Positions 23,436 to 34,892 of a DNA stretch of 64,000 nucleotides are shown here, piece by piece (within the stretch, counting starts at the first letter, position 1; each line of letters opens with the position of its first letter). The position numbers were made by a program, and so were the translations under genes. The notes below the pieces were generated by a model that made no database searches, was not told the DNA's origin, and worked only from the letters and a program-made list of their open reading frames with translations. The DNA comes from Flectonema sp. DT1601 (Eukaryota). The stretch covers positions 1-64,000 of the forward strand of contig OZ025797.1 in assembly GCA_964019425.1 (NCBI GenBank), given 5' to 3'.

Positions 23436-24842
23436 CTAGGCCAGTTCAGCAGTTTGAAAGGTGCTGAAGTTGACAAGGAAAGAATGAATAAGTTTGGTCA
23501 TAAAATGTATATCAACAGTTCCACATTGCTCACGAACACTGTGCATTGACAACATAGGAACACCAATGTCAAGAGTATGAATACCAGTGCCGGTGGATAT
23601 AATTGGTCCGATTGTTGATCCACACGGGGAATCGTTCTTAACACAAACTTCCTGAATTGGGATGTCAGACTTTGCAGCGCACATCTTAACAATTCCACTT
23701 CCAATGCTAGTTGTTGCGTATCTTTGATTACCATTGTACTTGATAGTTGGTCCTTTATGCATAAGAGGTCTGTGGTTCATTTCATGCTTCTCTGAGTAGT
23801 TCGGATGAACTCCGTGAACTCCATCAACTGACATCACAAAACTCGATCTGATGGCGCGTTCAAACGAATCGGTTGAAGTAGTAAACGATGCAGTCAGACG
23901 TCTAATAATATCATTCGTCATACTAGAGCCGGCACCTACTGCTGATGCGCTACCAACCTCTTCGTGATCATAAATAGAAAACATACTAATCATATCGTCT
24001 CCTTTAATATCACTTACGGATAGGTCAGTCATTGCTTTCAAACAGTTGTAACACGACAACAGATTATCGAGTCTGGCCCCGAAGATAAACTCATCATGAA
24101 TTCCACCAACAACAGCATCTTGAGTGTCGTACAGGTAAAGATCAAAGTCAGATATCTCACCGACTTCACAATCGGTCTCTTTGGCAATTAAATTCAACAA
24201 TTCCAAATGATGTTTTGGTTTCTCTTTCTTGTCATCACCTTCAGGTTCTGGGGATACCAACTTAGACATAATCTCACTGCTCATCATTGGTAGCAAATGC
24301 TGCTCTTTGTTGTAGCCGAAGTCACCTCCTCTCTCAGTAAGATGGATGGCAAGGTTGGGAATTCTGAGAATTGGTTTTACAATCTTAACGAGTTTCGTAA
24401 TCAACTTTCCATCTTTTTGAATTACAACTCTTCCAGCGACTGATAAGTCTCTGTCGAACCAGGTGTGCCACATACCACCTCCGTAGGTTTGAATTCCAAC
24501 TTCTTTATATCCAACGCTGGTTTGAGCTGACTTTGGCTTTACTAAAAAGCACGGACTGTCTGTGTGGGCTCCGACAATTTTAAAACCATTTCCACCAACA
24601 AATTTACCCCCAACAGTAAATGCAATCAAACTAGACTGGTTTCTTGTGATGAAATATTTTCCATTCTGTTTCACTTGTCCTTCCCATGAAGCATTCTCCA
24701 TCAGTTGACTGAATCCATTCTTTACTAATTCAGTTTTACAATACTCTACGCAGTGGTAAGGTGTTGGACTCGCATTCAAAAACTCGCAGCATTCGGCAGC
24801 TGCGATACGCCCAGCCTGTCTCAGTTCGTTTGTAAGTCCCAT
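23436..24842 (-). CDS. DNPEP: Aspartyl aminopeptidase (peptidase M18); start taken at MGLTNEL
   Basis: SPTPYH, GAHTDSP, YGGGMWHTWFDRDL, RLDNL, DHEEVGS, HPNY, CGSTIGP and LSMHSVRE motifs. Confidence 0.95.
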   Translation of the reverse strand: MGLTNELRQAGRIAAAECCEFLNASPTPYHCVEYCKTELVKNGFSQLMENASWEGQVKQNGKYFITRNQSSLIAFTVGGKFVGGNGFKIVGAHTDSPCFLVKPKSAQTSVGYKEVGIQTYGGGMWHTWFDRDLSVAGRVVIQKDGKLITKLVKIVKPILRIPNLAIHLTERGGDFGYNKEQHLLPMMSSEIMSKLVSPEPEGDDKKEKPKHHLELLNLIAKETDCEVGEISDFDLYLYDTQDAVVGGIHDEFIFGARLDNLLSCYNCLKAMTDLSVSDIKGDDMISMFSIYDHEEVGSASAVGAGSSMTNDIIRRLTASFTTSTDSFERAIRSSFVMSVDGVHGVHPNYSEKHEMNHRPLMHKGPTIKYNGNQRYATTSIGSGIVKMCAAKSDIPIQEVCVKNDSPCGSTIGPIISTGTGIHTLDIGVPMLSMHSVREQCGTVDIHFMTKLIHSFLVNFSTFQTAELA

Positions 24843-25801
24843 TGAGATCCTTTGTTGCTGTGTTTGAAATAAAAGAAATAGAATATCCGTGTGATAGGAT
24901 TTATTAAAAACTGATCCTTGTGTGGAAAAGAGAGATCTCATTTTTTCTTGTTTTCTCCTGAATGAAACTACAAATAGCTGCTTAGGTATTTCCCTGAACA
25001 CGAAGTACAACATTCAATTTTCAATAAAAACACACGCCTTGCATGCCACACTTTTTCCCCCCTCTTTTTTTTTTGTTCTTTCTTATTCTCTTCAAGTATG
25101 ATTTGCTTTCCCTTCTTATCCCATAAAGAGTAATTTCAAAAGCAGTAGCAACAACAACAACAACAACAAAAGTAAAGAAAAGATTAAAAAGAGTGCCATC
25201 CAAGTGGCGTGCGTTAATATTTTTTTATTTCGTTCTTGATTCCGGTTGTCATCAGCAACAGCAACACAACCGGTTCGCATGCAATCAGTTTAGTGCACAG
25301 AAAAGGCTTCACCTCTATGCTCGTTTATTTAATTATAAATAACATCATCCTGTGCACGACTCTGAAGCAATTACCACTACGGGGTGTGGGGGTGAAAACG
25401 GGAATATACCCACACTGTATTTTTTTTTTCTTTTTTTTTTTCTTTTCCATTCTCGTTCCATATTCTTATACAGCTATAAAGAGAAAAAAAAAAGAGGAAA
25501 AAAAAGAAAAAAAAAACGAGCCCGAAGTTTTTGTTTTTTTTTTTAAAAATAATAGAAGAAAATCACACTGTTTTTTTTTTTTTTTTTTTGTTTTTTTTTT
25601 TTTGTTTAAGAAATCGCGGTTGTCCGAAAAAATTAATAAAATAGAGGAAGCAAGGAGAAACGATGAATGAAGAAAACACTGCAGGAAAATAGGAAGAGAA
25701 CAGGATTCTCTTTTTCCCTGCTTTTGATGAACTCCTCTCGCTCCCAAGCAGCCTCTTTGAAGATACAAATCACATAAACAAAATACCGAAGGGCGATAGG
25801 C

Positions 25802-26786
25802 CTATGCAACTCTCCTGTTGCCATCGGTCGACAGTTGACCAGGAATGTTCAAGTGAGTACCAGTTCTGTTTTGTGTTGATATTGATTTTAATAATTAATT
25901 TAATTGACGTCTGATTTTTTTGATATTTATAATAAACAACAATACATACCCAACTGGACCCTGATCATACTGTCCGTATGGAGCTCTGACTGGCATACGG
26001 TTCTTTTCTAAGGCTCCCCACTGCTGGAGTACAATACGTTCCTCATCAAGATCTTCGTGAGTCTTCTCTGTTGCGTCTTTGTGAACACCAGCGTTGGCTG
26101 TTGAATGTAAAGACATCGCTCTGATATCAGTCATTTCTTCATCAGTAAGATCTCTGATCTTTTGAGCTGGTACTCCACCCCAAAGCTCACCAGATGGAAT
26201 AATAGCAAACTTCTTTATGACAGATCCAGGAGCTACAACAGTCTGAGATTCAACACGAGCACCATCACATATAACAGTGTTAGCACCTATGAATACATCA
26301 TCTGCTACAGAGCAACCTGATAGAGTACATCCAGGTTCAATAGTGACGTTGTGTCCAATGTCTGTTGACCGTAAGGGACTGCATCTTATGACACATCTAT
26401 CAAATATAGTTGTGTTGTCACTAATATTTACATCATGGATATCACCTCTAATTGTAGTTTGGTAGAACACACCAACTTTATCACCTAACTGAACACCTCC
26501 TATTATCGTACTATTTGGTGCCACAAAGCAAGAGTGCTGAATGACTGGAGCCCTTCCTTGAAGTGGTGTTATTCTTGTAAATGGTTGAACCTTCTCAGAG
26601 TATGATGTGGTTCCCATTGCAAGGCATCCAAGCTTTTCCATCTGTTGGATTGTTGTAGTGTTTGGCTTTCATGTCTGCACCTCCGTCACGACATTCATCA
26701 AATAAAAAAAAAAAGGAAAATACACATACATGCCATGCTGTCTCTCTCAGAAAGAATCCCGCACCCCTTGTGAAATTTGCCAACAT
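25802..26786 (-). CDS. Gamma carbonic anhydrase-like protein (mitochondrial complex I type), 3 exons: 26786-26730, 26641-25950, 25865-25802
   Basis: Hexapeptide beta-helix repeats and PSGELWGGVPA motif. The spliced N-terminus GFFLRETAWHMEKLGC matches the gamma-CA N-terminal motif. GTATGT...AG introns restore the frame. Confidence 0.9.
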
Positions 26787-28532
26787 TTTTTTATATTAAA
26801 CTCTCTTTTGTTTTTAACTACAGTCGGGATCCCCCCCCTTGGGCCTGTTAAAAATGATTTAAACACATTATACAATTTTTAAATGGAAGTCTTCAGTACT
26901 CTACTTTACTTCCATTTATGATGTTACTCTGTTACGAAATTAAAGTCAGTATCCTCGACACTCTCAGAAATGTTTTGATTAGATAATTAATCTAACACCC
27001 CCCAACATCAGGGGGCTGATAAAGTAGTGTCGTAGTAAGCCGACATCCTTTGTTCCAAAGAAGGAATCCCAAGGGGGACTTTCTAAGAGAAATGTCTGTG
27101 AGTCAGCCTGATCGGATTGCTAATCGCTGGTAGAAAACTAGAAATGCGACGTCGTGTCCACCACATGAAGTGGATCCTTATCGCATCATGATTAGACTAC
27201 TCTGAAGGAACAATCGAATAATTAAAACATTATTATCCTCTTTCAGATATGTTACTTACTAACGTTACTGAGGACTTCAATCCGTAACCGTTTCCGAAGA
27301 CTCAGAACGGATTATTAAATTAGATTCGACTAAAAGGATGTAATTTAATTTATAGAAAACTAAAGAACAACAAACTTTAGTATTCCACTTTGATACGACA
27401 AAAGAGTTGGGTTAACATTAAAAGTTACTAAATAATAATTGAGAGCTAGTGGTAGGCGGTGCTGCTGGTGAATAGAAACAAGTGAGGTGAGGAATACACA
27501 AACACAATTATCGTAAACACCACCAGCAAGAATTTTCGGATTTCAAGGAAAGGGGAAGTAAATTTCCTAATTAAACAGGTTTATGGGAGACAACGTCCAT
27601 GATTTGCTTATTATTATATTTTTTTGAAGGAAGTCATTAGCAAGTGAAAAAGACCGTTTTCCTTGTCTACCAACAGAACAGGAACTTATTTAAGTCGTCA
27701 GACGATACAATTGTCCTGCAAGAGAATGAATAGGGGAAAAGAAAACAAACCATTAAAGAAGATGTACACATGCAGGACAACTGGGCAGTCACTGCATCTA
27801 TTTCACTCCGTCAGAAGACTACAATTAGATATTTGGTTGTCATGTTGCAGCTTATCCGAAGTAAACATTTGGTTTGGCAGCCTTGCATCAGCAATCCTGC
27901 TCGAAATAAATCAAAAAAAAAAGTTTTTCTCCTTTTTCCCCATAAAAAGAAAGTAAAAAAGAAATCGGAATCCGAAACATTCAACCGACAACAAAACAGG
28001 TGCTTGAGATCACAACACAGCAACAAGCTGCAGAACTTTTAAGCACCGCCAAGACTAAAATAAGGTGCTCTGCATTTGCCCAACTCGCAGTGGTTTGTAT
28101 TGAAACTCAATACTCTCCTCCTTTCGGTGGGCAAATTCCAAAACAGAAACAGGAAACGGCGAGATCTAGGAAATAAGATTCAGGAAACGGCGAAGTGGGG
28201 CGGTGGAACCAACCGGAAGAACTACGAAAAAAAGATTTTCGCAGCTCGTTCTTCTCCTTTTCGTTTGTGCACTAACCGCTGGCTTCAGGTTTGAGATGCT
28301 GAAGGAAGCGGTGTCTGTCAAGAAATTTTTTAACAAGTCGTCTGAGAAGAGGAACAATAAAAAAAGTAGTATTTTTTTGATTGAGAGCTGAAAGGAAGTT
28401 CCATTCGAATTAGCTGCGAGCAGCGAACACCTTCTGAACGTCAACTCAACAACTACCTCCAGCAGAGCGGAAAAGTGAAAAACAGTCAGCAGAGAACTGT
28501 ACAAACTTTACTATTTTGGTTCTGTTGCCAAA

Positions 28533-28607
28533 AAGAATTGGCTTTCTCTTAAATTATACAGAAAATAGTACTATAACGCTCGTTGATGCTTTGTTTGTGC
28601 ACGAAAC
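28533..28607. repeat. Dispersed repeat B, copy 1
   Basis: Aligns with 36562-36637 (AAGAATTGGCTTT...TATACAGAAAAYAGTACTATAA...TTGTTTGTGCACGAAAC). Confidence 0.85.
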
Positions 28608-28827
28608 AAGAAAAAAAAAAATAACAAGAACTTTTTTTAATTGCCAAAAAAAGAATTGTCATTCAAAAAGAAAGAAAAAAAAGGTAAAAGGAGAGAACAC
28701 TGATCGTCTTAATTACAGTACTTCCCAACAGAAGGAACACTTTGCTCGATCAGGGAAGCAGTAAGACTAACCAGAGAATAACAATAGTTTGAAAAAGCAG
28801 CATAACAATTTAGAAATTTGATTTGTT

Positions 28828-30534
28828 TTATTCAGCTTCTCGAAGTTCCTGGTGGTCTGCTTGATGCTCCTCCTCGTGATATTCAATAGTATGAGAACAA
28901 CATTGAATTGGACCACAAGAAACTGGTGCATCACTATCATCAATTGGGTACGTTAAGATAACAGCAATAAAAGACATCATAGTCCCGCATAACATACAAT
29001 AAGCAATCGCGTGTGATACATTATCACCAGCATATGAATAGATTGCTCCAGAAGTGATCGTTCCGAGTAGCCTTCCTGCAGCGTTGCTCATGTAGTAGAA
29101 TCCAACAGACTGAGCTGCTTTGTTTCCTTCTGCGTACTTTACAACTAGAAATGAATGAATGCTCGAATTAACTCCAAATACAAATGCAAAAAATACTAAT
29201 CCGATTATCATGGATGCGATCATCTCTCCCTTCTCACCATTCTCAAATGATGGTGAGAAATGAAGAAGTAGAAACATCATCGTCGTAGGAATAGCATTTA
29301 TTAATCCCCACAACACTTCTGTATTTTTATTAGGAGGAATCTTATCATTGTGTTTGTTGCATGGTGTGGTTACGAGCTGTGGAGTCCATGCTTGAATCTG
29401 TCCATAAATAATAATATAGCACGCTAAGAAAGCTCCAACAACTCTTCTTTCAAGACCTAATCCACCACAACCATTTCCAATATTTTGACAAATTCCATCG
29501 ACACACTGAGTCCCACCAGAGCAGGTGTCAATAAAAGGATTTACTTCAAAGCTCTGAGTCAGCGTACTGGTGACCATCGTGGCGCATATTTCTCCGACTG
29601 AATCACAAGAAGGTGCTCGCAAGTAAAAAGGCAAAGGAACTTCAAACCACAAGTCTCTGGACATAAATAAGAAAGTTCTCGCAGCACTGAGAAGGTACAA
29701 GCTCTTCGGATAGCCAACAAAAGCATCCTTCAATTTGATATTTGCAGAACGAACTCTTCCCAGATCCCAAGACAGCTTAGTCCACGCAAAGGGTATCGGA
29801 ATGAGAACGAGGAAGATTAGTACCGAAAGAGACAGTTCGTAACCCCAGTCGTCGCTTAAAGAGATCAGTAAGGCTCCCAAAAAGTAACCAAAACCTTTGA
29901 GAGAATTCTTCATGCCAGTCACTAAGGAAACCCTTTTAAATAGTTTTCCCTGTTTCTCAGAAGGTGTTACCAGTTTTGTTACGGTCTTTCCCCCCAACTT
30001 CGTTAAGTCTTTTGCTATACCACAAAGCATTTGAGCGAGAGTAACATACGCCATGGAAGTCTCTTTAGACCAGTCATCCTGCCAACCAAACAACATTGAC
30101 AAACCTAATATCTGTAATCCGAGGCCCACGAGAAGAGTACTTTTTAATCCCCACTTTGCACCCATCATGCCTGCCATTAAGTTAGTCATTACACCAGCAA
30201 CTTCGTACAGGGTAAACATAAGAGCGACTTCCATGGCGGTAAACTTTTTGTTGTAAGCGTGAAGTAAAACAATCATTCGAATAGCTCCATCAGTTGTAGT
30301 GTAGAGTAAGTATCCCATCGTTATGACTACAAATGGAACTAGTCCTCCTTCTACTGATTCAGGGTTTGGTTTCTTTTCATCTTCGACTTCTATCTTTCCG
30401 TTATCTAAATTATCTAAAGGACTGTCTTCTTCTGATTGATGAGCAATCGACAACCCGAGTACGTCACTTCCGTGATCACTTTGTACTAAGCTGCGATTCA
30501 TGTCTGCTATTGATGACCTCCTTGAAGTAGCCAT
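28828..30534 (-). CDS. arsJ: MFS transporter of the ArsJ (organoarsenical efflux) family; start taken at MATSRR
   Basis: TDGAIRMIVLL, LYEVAGVMTNL, GIAKDLTKLGGKT, TGMKNSLKGFGYFLG, RDLWFEVPLP, NSSIHSFL and GFYYMSNAAGRLLGT match recalled ArsJ motifs; about 12 TM segments. Confidence 0.82.
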   Translation of the reverse strand: MATSRRSSIADMNRSLVQSDHGSDVLGLSIAHQSEEDSPLDNLDNGKIEVEDEKKPNPESVEGGLVPFVVITMGYLLYTTTDGAIRMIVLLHAYNKKFTAMEVALMFTLYEVAGVMTNLMAGMMGAKWGLKSTLLVGLGLQILGLSMLFGWQDDWSKETSMAYVTLAQMLCGIAKDLTKLGGKTVTKLVTPSEKQGKLFKRVSLVTGMKNSLKGFGYFLGALLISLSDDWGYELSLSVLIFLVLIPIPFAWTKLSWDLGRVRSANIKLKDAFVGYPKSLYLLSAARTFLFMSRDLWFEVPLPFYLRAPSCDSVGEICATMVTSTLTQSFEVNPFIDTCSGGTQCVDGICQNIGNGCGGLGLERRVVGAFLACYIIIYGQIQAWTPQLVTTPCNKHNDKIPPNKNTEVLWGLINAIPTTMMFLLLHFSPSFENGEKGEMIASMIIGLVFFAFVFGVNSSIHSFLVVKYAEGNKAAQSVGFYYMSNAAGRLLGTITSGAIYSYAGDNVSHAIAYCMLCGTMMSFIAVILTYPIDDSDAPVSCGPIQCCSHTIEYHEEEHQADHQELREAE

Positions 30535-31035
30535 TTTATTAATGATGGCTGAGTTGATAAATAAGATAATATTATTCCCCATAATAGTGAAACACTACGC
30601 AGCTGATTATTAAATACCTGCTGAAGACCTTCCTCAAGACATCATTTGATTGATTCCCTGACTTGATATTTGAGAAAAAGTAAATAATAATAAAAACTAA
30701 TAAAAGGAATTCACATCATGTGATCCGATCCAATTGGATGGCTACACTCATCCGCTTAAAAGTGCTTAGAACACATAAAAAGAACGCTTCTGATAGAAGG
30801 CTTCTTTCTGAACACACTTTGTTGTCAAAGACCGAGTAGGTAAATAAAACATCGAATTATGTAAAACAGCCGGGTAAGAACGGAGGCTGTGTTTTTTTGG
30901 TTGACTCAACCTCCAAGAACAAGAGCGCTATTACTGAACGCTTTACCGCCTTGATTACTTCCACTAGAAAGATTGGATTGCTCTCAAGACAATATAATTA
31001 TTCTAAAACAGATTACTAAAAAGGTTTACAAAGAG

Positions 31036-32027
31036 CTACTTAGAGTTCTTTTCCTTTTTCTCCTTCTTTTCTTTTTTTTCCTTCTTCGCTTTTTTCTCCT
31101 TTTTCTCCTTCTTTGGCTTCTTCTCTTTCTTTTCCTTCTTCTTTTCCTTTTCCTTTTCCTTACCTTTGTTGGTGCACTCTGCGGTCCAGTGTCCTCCCTC
31201 TCCACAGAGTTTACATTTAAATGCTTTTGGTGGACCACTTTTTTCTTCACTTTCACCGGGTCTCCTGATTGTGGATAAGTTGTTTAGAATATTGAGTTGA
31301 GAAATATAATAATTACAAAACTAAATAAAAGACATACTTTGTACAGTCTTTCGCCCAATGCCCCTTTTGGCCACAAATCCGACATTTATAAGAAGCGGGT
31401 GGAGCAGAAGCTGTAAAGTAGTAGTTTTGTTTGTGTAAAATAAAAAAAGAGTTTCGGGGACTCTGCTGTTGTGTAAATGGAAACCCCTTCATTGACAAAA
31501 TATTCATCTCTCTACTTGATATGAAAAAGGAGACAAAACAGATGCCTTTAAAAGAAACTGTCAGCGGACAAAATAAATACCGCTGGAGGCCATGTGAACA
31601 GAGAGGAGAGGGGAGGCATGATAAATCAGACTAAAGTAGAGTGATGTGAGAATTAATCATTTTTTTTATTGACCAACTATGAGATACGAGACAACAATAT
31701 TTTTAGATAGGATTGATAAATCTTATTTGGAATCTTTTATCTGAAGATCATAAAAGACAAGTCGGTTCTGTCATAATTGAAGTTCTCGTGTGGACTCGCA
31801 TTCTGATTTGGGAAAACAATCTTTACCGTCGTAGTCCCTCAACAGCTTCATCCCATTTCTCTATCACTTTTGTTTATCAGATCGCAGTAAAGGTATCGAT
31901 CAGCTGCCCGTCTGCATCGCCTTCTTCACCTTCCAAACTGTTCAAATGGATTCGACATTTAGAAAAGTTCCTACTCTGGGAGAATATAATTCAATTTCTT
32001 TAACACGCTAACTTTTTTTTTTTTTTT

Positions 32028-32059
<32 letters not shown>

Positions 32060-34180
32060 GAGAGATTGTGAAGGCCATTTTTCCAGAGGGTTTTTTCTTA
32101 ACGTTTTCAAGAGAGGACTGCTGTAAGAAATACATACCGATAGATGTCTTTGATAGTGGACAATCATTACCCCAATGACCTCTCTTCATACACACCGCAC
32201 AAGTATAATCATCAGGTGGCAGTGAATGCATATTTTGTGATGGCGATGCCGACTCACTCTTTCTCCTCTTCAACGCATCAGCTTCCTGACTCCCCTCTCT
32301 CTTGCTCTTTGACTTTCTTCCTTTGCCTTTGCGTCTTCGTGAGCTGTTTTAGTTGATAGACCTTCTCTTTCAAATAAGATAAAACATGGTATCTACTTTA
32401 AAAAAAACAGGTTTTGGAGTAAGACAGAAGAGTATCCACAACAGATATCTACTTCAATAATAAATACACACTCTGAAGTAACTGATGATCCCGAGTCTGA
32501 GTCTTCAATACGACCACCGACATCAGTTCGGTTGCTCATTCCTGCAAAACGTTCCGCAGCTGCTTCACTGGATTCTACAGTTCCACTTGAGTAGAAAGTA
32601 TTAAGCATTGATGTTCTCGGAACATTACGCTGCATACTCTTTATTTGTAAAGGAGTCAGCGGAGCGTTAATTCCACCAACCAAACCTCGCCCTGCTGAGT
32701 GATACATTCTACCAGGTACTCCTTCACCCATCGCCGCTAAAACTGACGGGGTCTGCATCGGACCGATGTCAGCAAGAGCTTTAATAGCCTCCGGGTCAAT
32801 AGGTCCCTCGTCTACTTCTTTAACTTCTTCAGTAGCAACTGGTGTTGTTGATGCGAATCCTTGTGCAGCTTCCTGTTGAGTTTTATGTTAATAAAAGACA
32901 AGATCAATCTGATTTCAAAAAGACTCCCAATGTGTTGTTTATTAATTAAAGAATTGAAAAATAAAACAAAAGAACAAACCTGTTCCATTTGCACTCGTGT
33001 CTTCCAATCAATAGTAGGGGGAGACGTGGCTGGCAGGACGGGAGCAGCCTCGTTGAAGGCTGTGGTTATTGCTAAGTGACCTTCTAATATGTTCCTCTTA
33101 CGAAATAAAAAGTATTCATATAATTCGTGGCCAGGGCTCAAGAAAGTGTATGCTCCAGAAGCACGAAGACTATCCTCAAGTGTTGTTGGATTGCGAGCCT
33201 TTGCTATATCTGAGATGACTCTGTCGATGAGACCAAGTTCATCATTTGTTGGACCATCAGATGAAGGCTGTAATTTTATTTATTATTTGATTTTATTCTC
33301 ATTCAGGGAGATATTATTAAAAGGATTCATAATCACAAACCTGTAGTGTTGATGTTGGGATCATCCCAGCAGGCTGCAGCTGAGCAGGCTCTGGGCGAGG
33401 AACGCCTGGTGGTGGAGGAAGTCCACCCGGAGGTAGAGGAAGTCCACCATAAGCAGCTGGATGTGTTGGAGGCATGGAAGCGACTTGTTGGGGCTGAGCT
33501 GGAGAAACAGGCGCTGGCATTGCCGCTGGAGGTACCATTCCCGGTACCATAGACAGCGGCATTCCTGGAGGAGGTGCCATACCCGGCGGAGGTGCCATTC
33601 CTGGAGGAGGCGCCATTCCCGGTGGAGGTGCCATTCCCGGTGGAGGTGCCATACCCGGTGGAGGTGCCATTCCCGGAGGAAATGTCATTCCCGGTGGAGG
33701 TGCCATTCCCGGTGGAGGTGCCATTCCCGGTGGAGGTGCCATTCCTGGAGGAAATGTCATTCCAGGCGGCATTACCATACCTGGAGGGGGTACCATTGCT
33801 GAGGGCGGCATTCCTGCAGAAGGTGGCATAGATGGAGGTGCGGCCGCAGCTCTATTTTGAGCAGCATTAGCAGTTCTAATATTTTGAGGTTCCGGCACTG
33901 TCCCAGAAGATCCAATTGTTATCGTAAGCTGGAGCATCGTAGCTCCTGAAGCTGCTGTGAAGTGAGTTTTGATATCTTCTTTAGTTGATATTGGAATTCC
34001 ATTTACTTCAATAATTCTAACACCATTCTGTAGACAAGCAATGCCAGCAGGAGACATTGGGATTATCCCTTCAACATCACAAGTAGTAGTGATTCCCATT
34101 CCTAATCTCTCACCAGGTTGTTTCATAATTACATACGTCTCTCTCGGAGGTCCAACTTCCATTACTGGTTGCCCAACTGG

Positions 34181-34217
<37 letters not shown>

Positions 34218-34360
34218 GATCCATTACCGACTCTTTCTAACATCTCTCTCAATCCTCCTCCTCCTCCTGCTGCCTCTCCAACTGTCACATTCTCTGCAGC
34301 TGCTCCAGCTCTCTCAATCTTCTTTTGCTTCAGCTTCTCCAACAATGCATTTACTTTCAT
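31036..34360 (-). CDS. PDZ + proline-rich + SURP + three CCHC zinc-knuckle protein, 6 exons: 34360-33341, 33267-32980, 32872-32472, 32366-32138, 31410-31338, 31264-31036
   Basis: Five GT-AG introns join the ORF pieces in frame. PDZ (ERLGMGI...IIEVNG), SURP-like [12 protein letters not shown], knuckles [28 protein letters not shown] and [14 protein letters not shown], then a K/E-rich tail. Confidence 0.8.
33560..33790 (-). repeat. 18-bp coding tandem repeat (PPGMAP / PPGMTF, about 12 units)
   Basis: Recurrent GGTGGAGGTGCCATTCCC units. Confidence 0.9.
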
Positions 34361-34892
34361 TATACCAACTTGTGTGATAGGTTTTGAGAGGGGGGGTTTT
34401 TGTGGTTATTAACGTTTGTTCTCAAACTTGATCTCTTGGGGTCTTTTTTTTTTTTTTTTTTTTTTTTTTTTCAAATAAAAATCACCTCAAAAAAGAAAAA
34501 AAAAAAAAAGAAAACAAGGGGAGTTGCTGTTGAAGAAATAATAATATAAAGTGATATTAAAACCTTTCATTATAACAGAAACACTGAAGGCATCACATCT
34601 AATGCTGTTGGTAAAAAGAGTGGAAATAAGGTTGAAAATGGTCTCACTACAACAACACTATTTATATCTACAGGTCGCAACGTATTAACGCTGTGCACAG
34701 TGTGTGTGCTTCCAGCAAGAGAGAAAGTTGCAATATAACACATTAAAGGTCATACAGTGTAATCAACCAGCAGTTGATCAATTCAGGGGGACGGTGATTT
34801 TAAACTAATTCCACAGAAATCACCGATTAGATACAATTCTATGGGTGAGTAAATAAATATTATTTATTTCGTAACATCAGCAACAAATTTAA

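Noticed and set aside
27030..27085. RNase MRP/P or tRNA call for the cloverleaf-like segment
   Set aside because: P4 partner is only 5 bp and too close, and there is no T-loop or 7-bp acceptor stem. Kept only as an unnamed candidate.
27663..28764. Overlapping short ORFs between the gamma-CA and ArsJ-like genes
   Set aside because: No recognisable motifs or consistent exon chain could be assembled.
31026..31256. Arg/Lys-rich protamine-like 76-aa ORF
   Set aside because: Wrong frame. The spliced frame gives a zinc knuckle plus the K/E tail of the six-exon gene.
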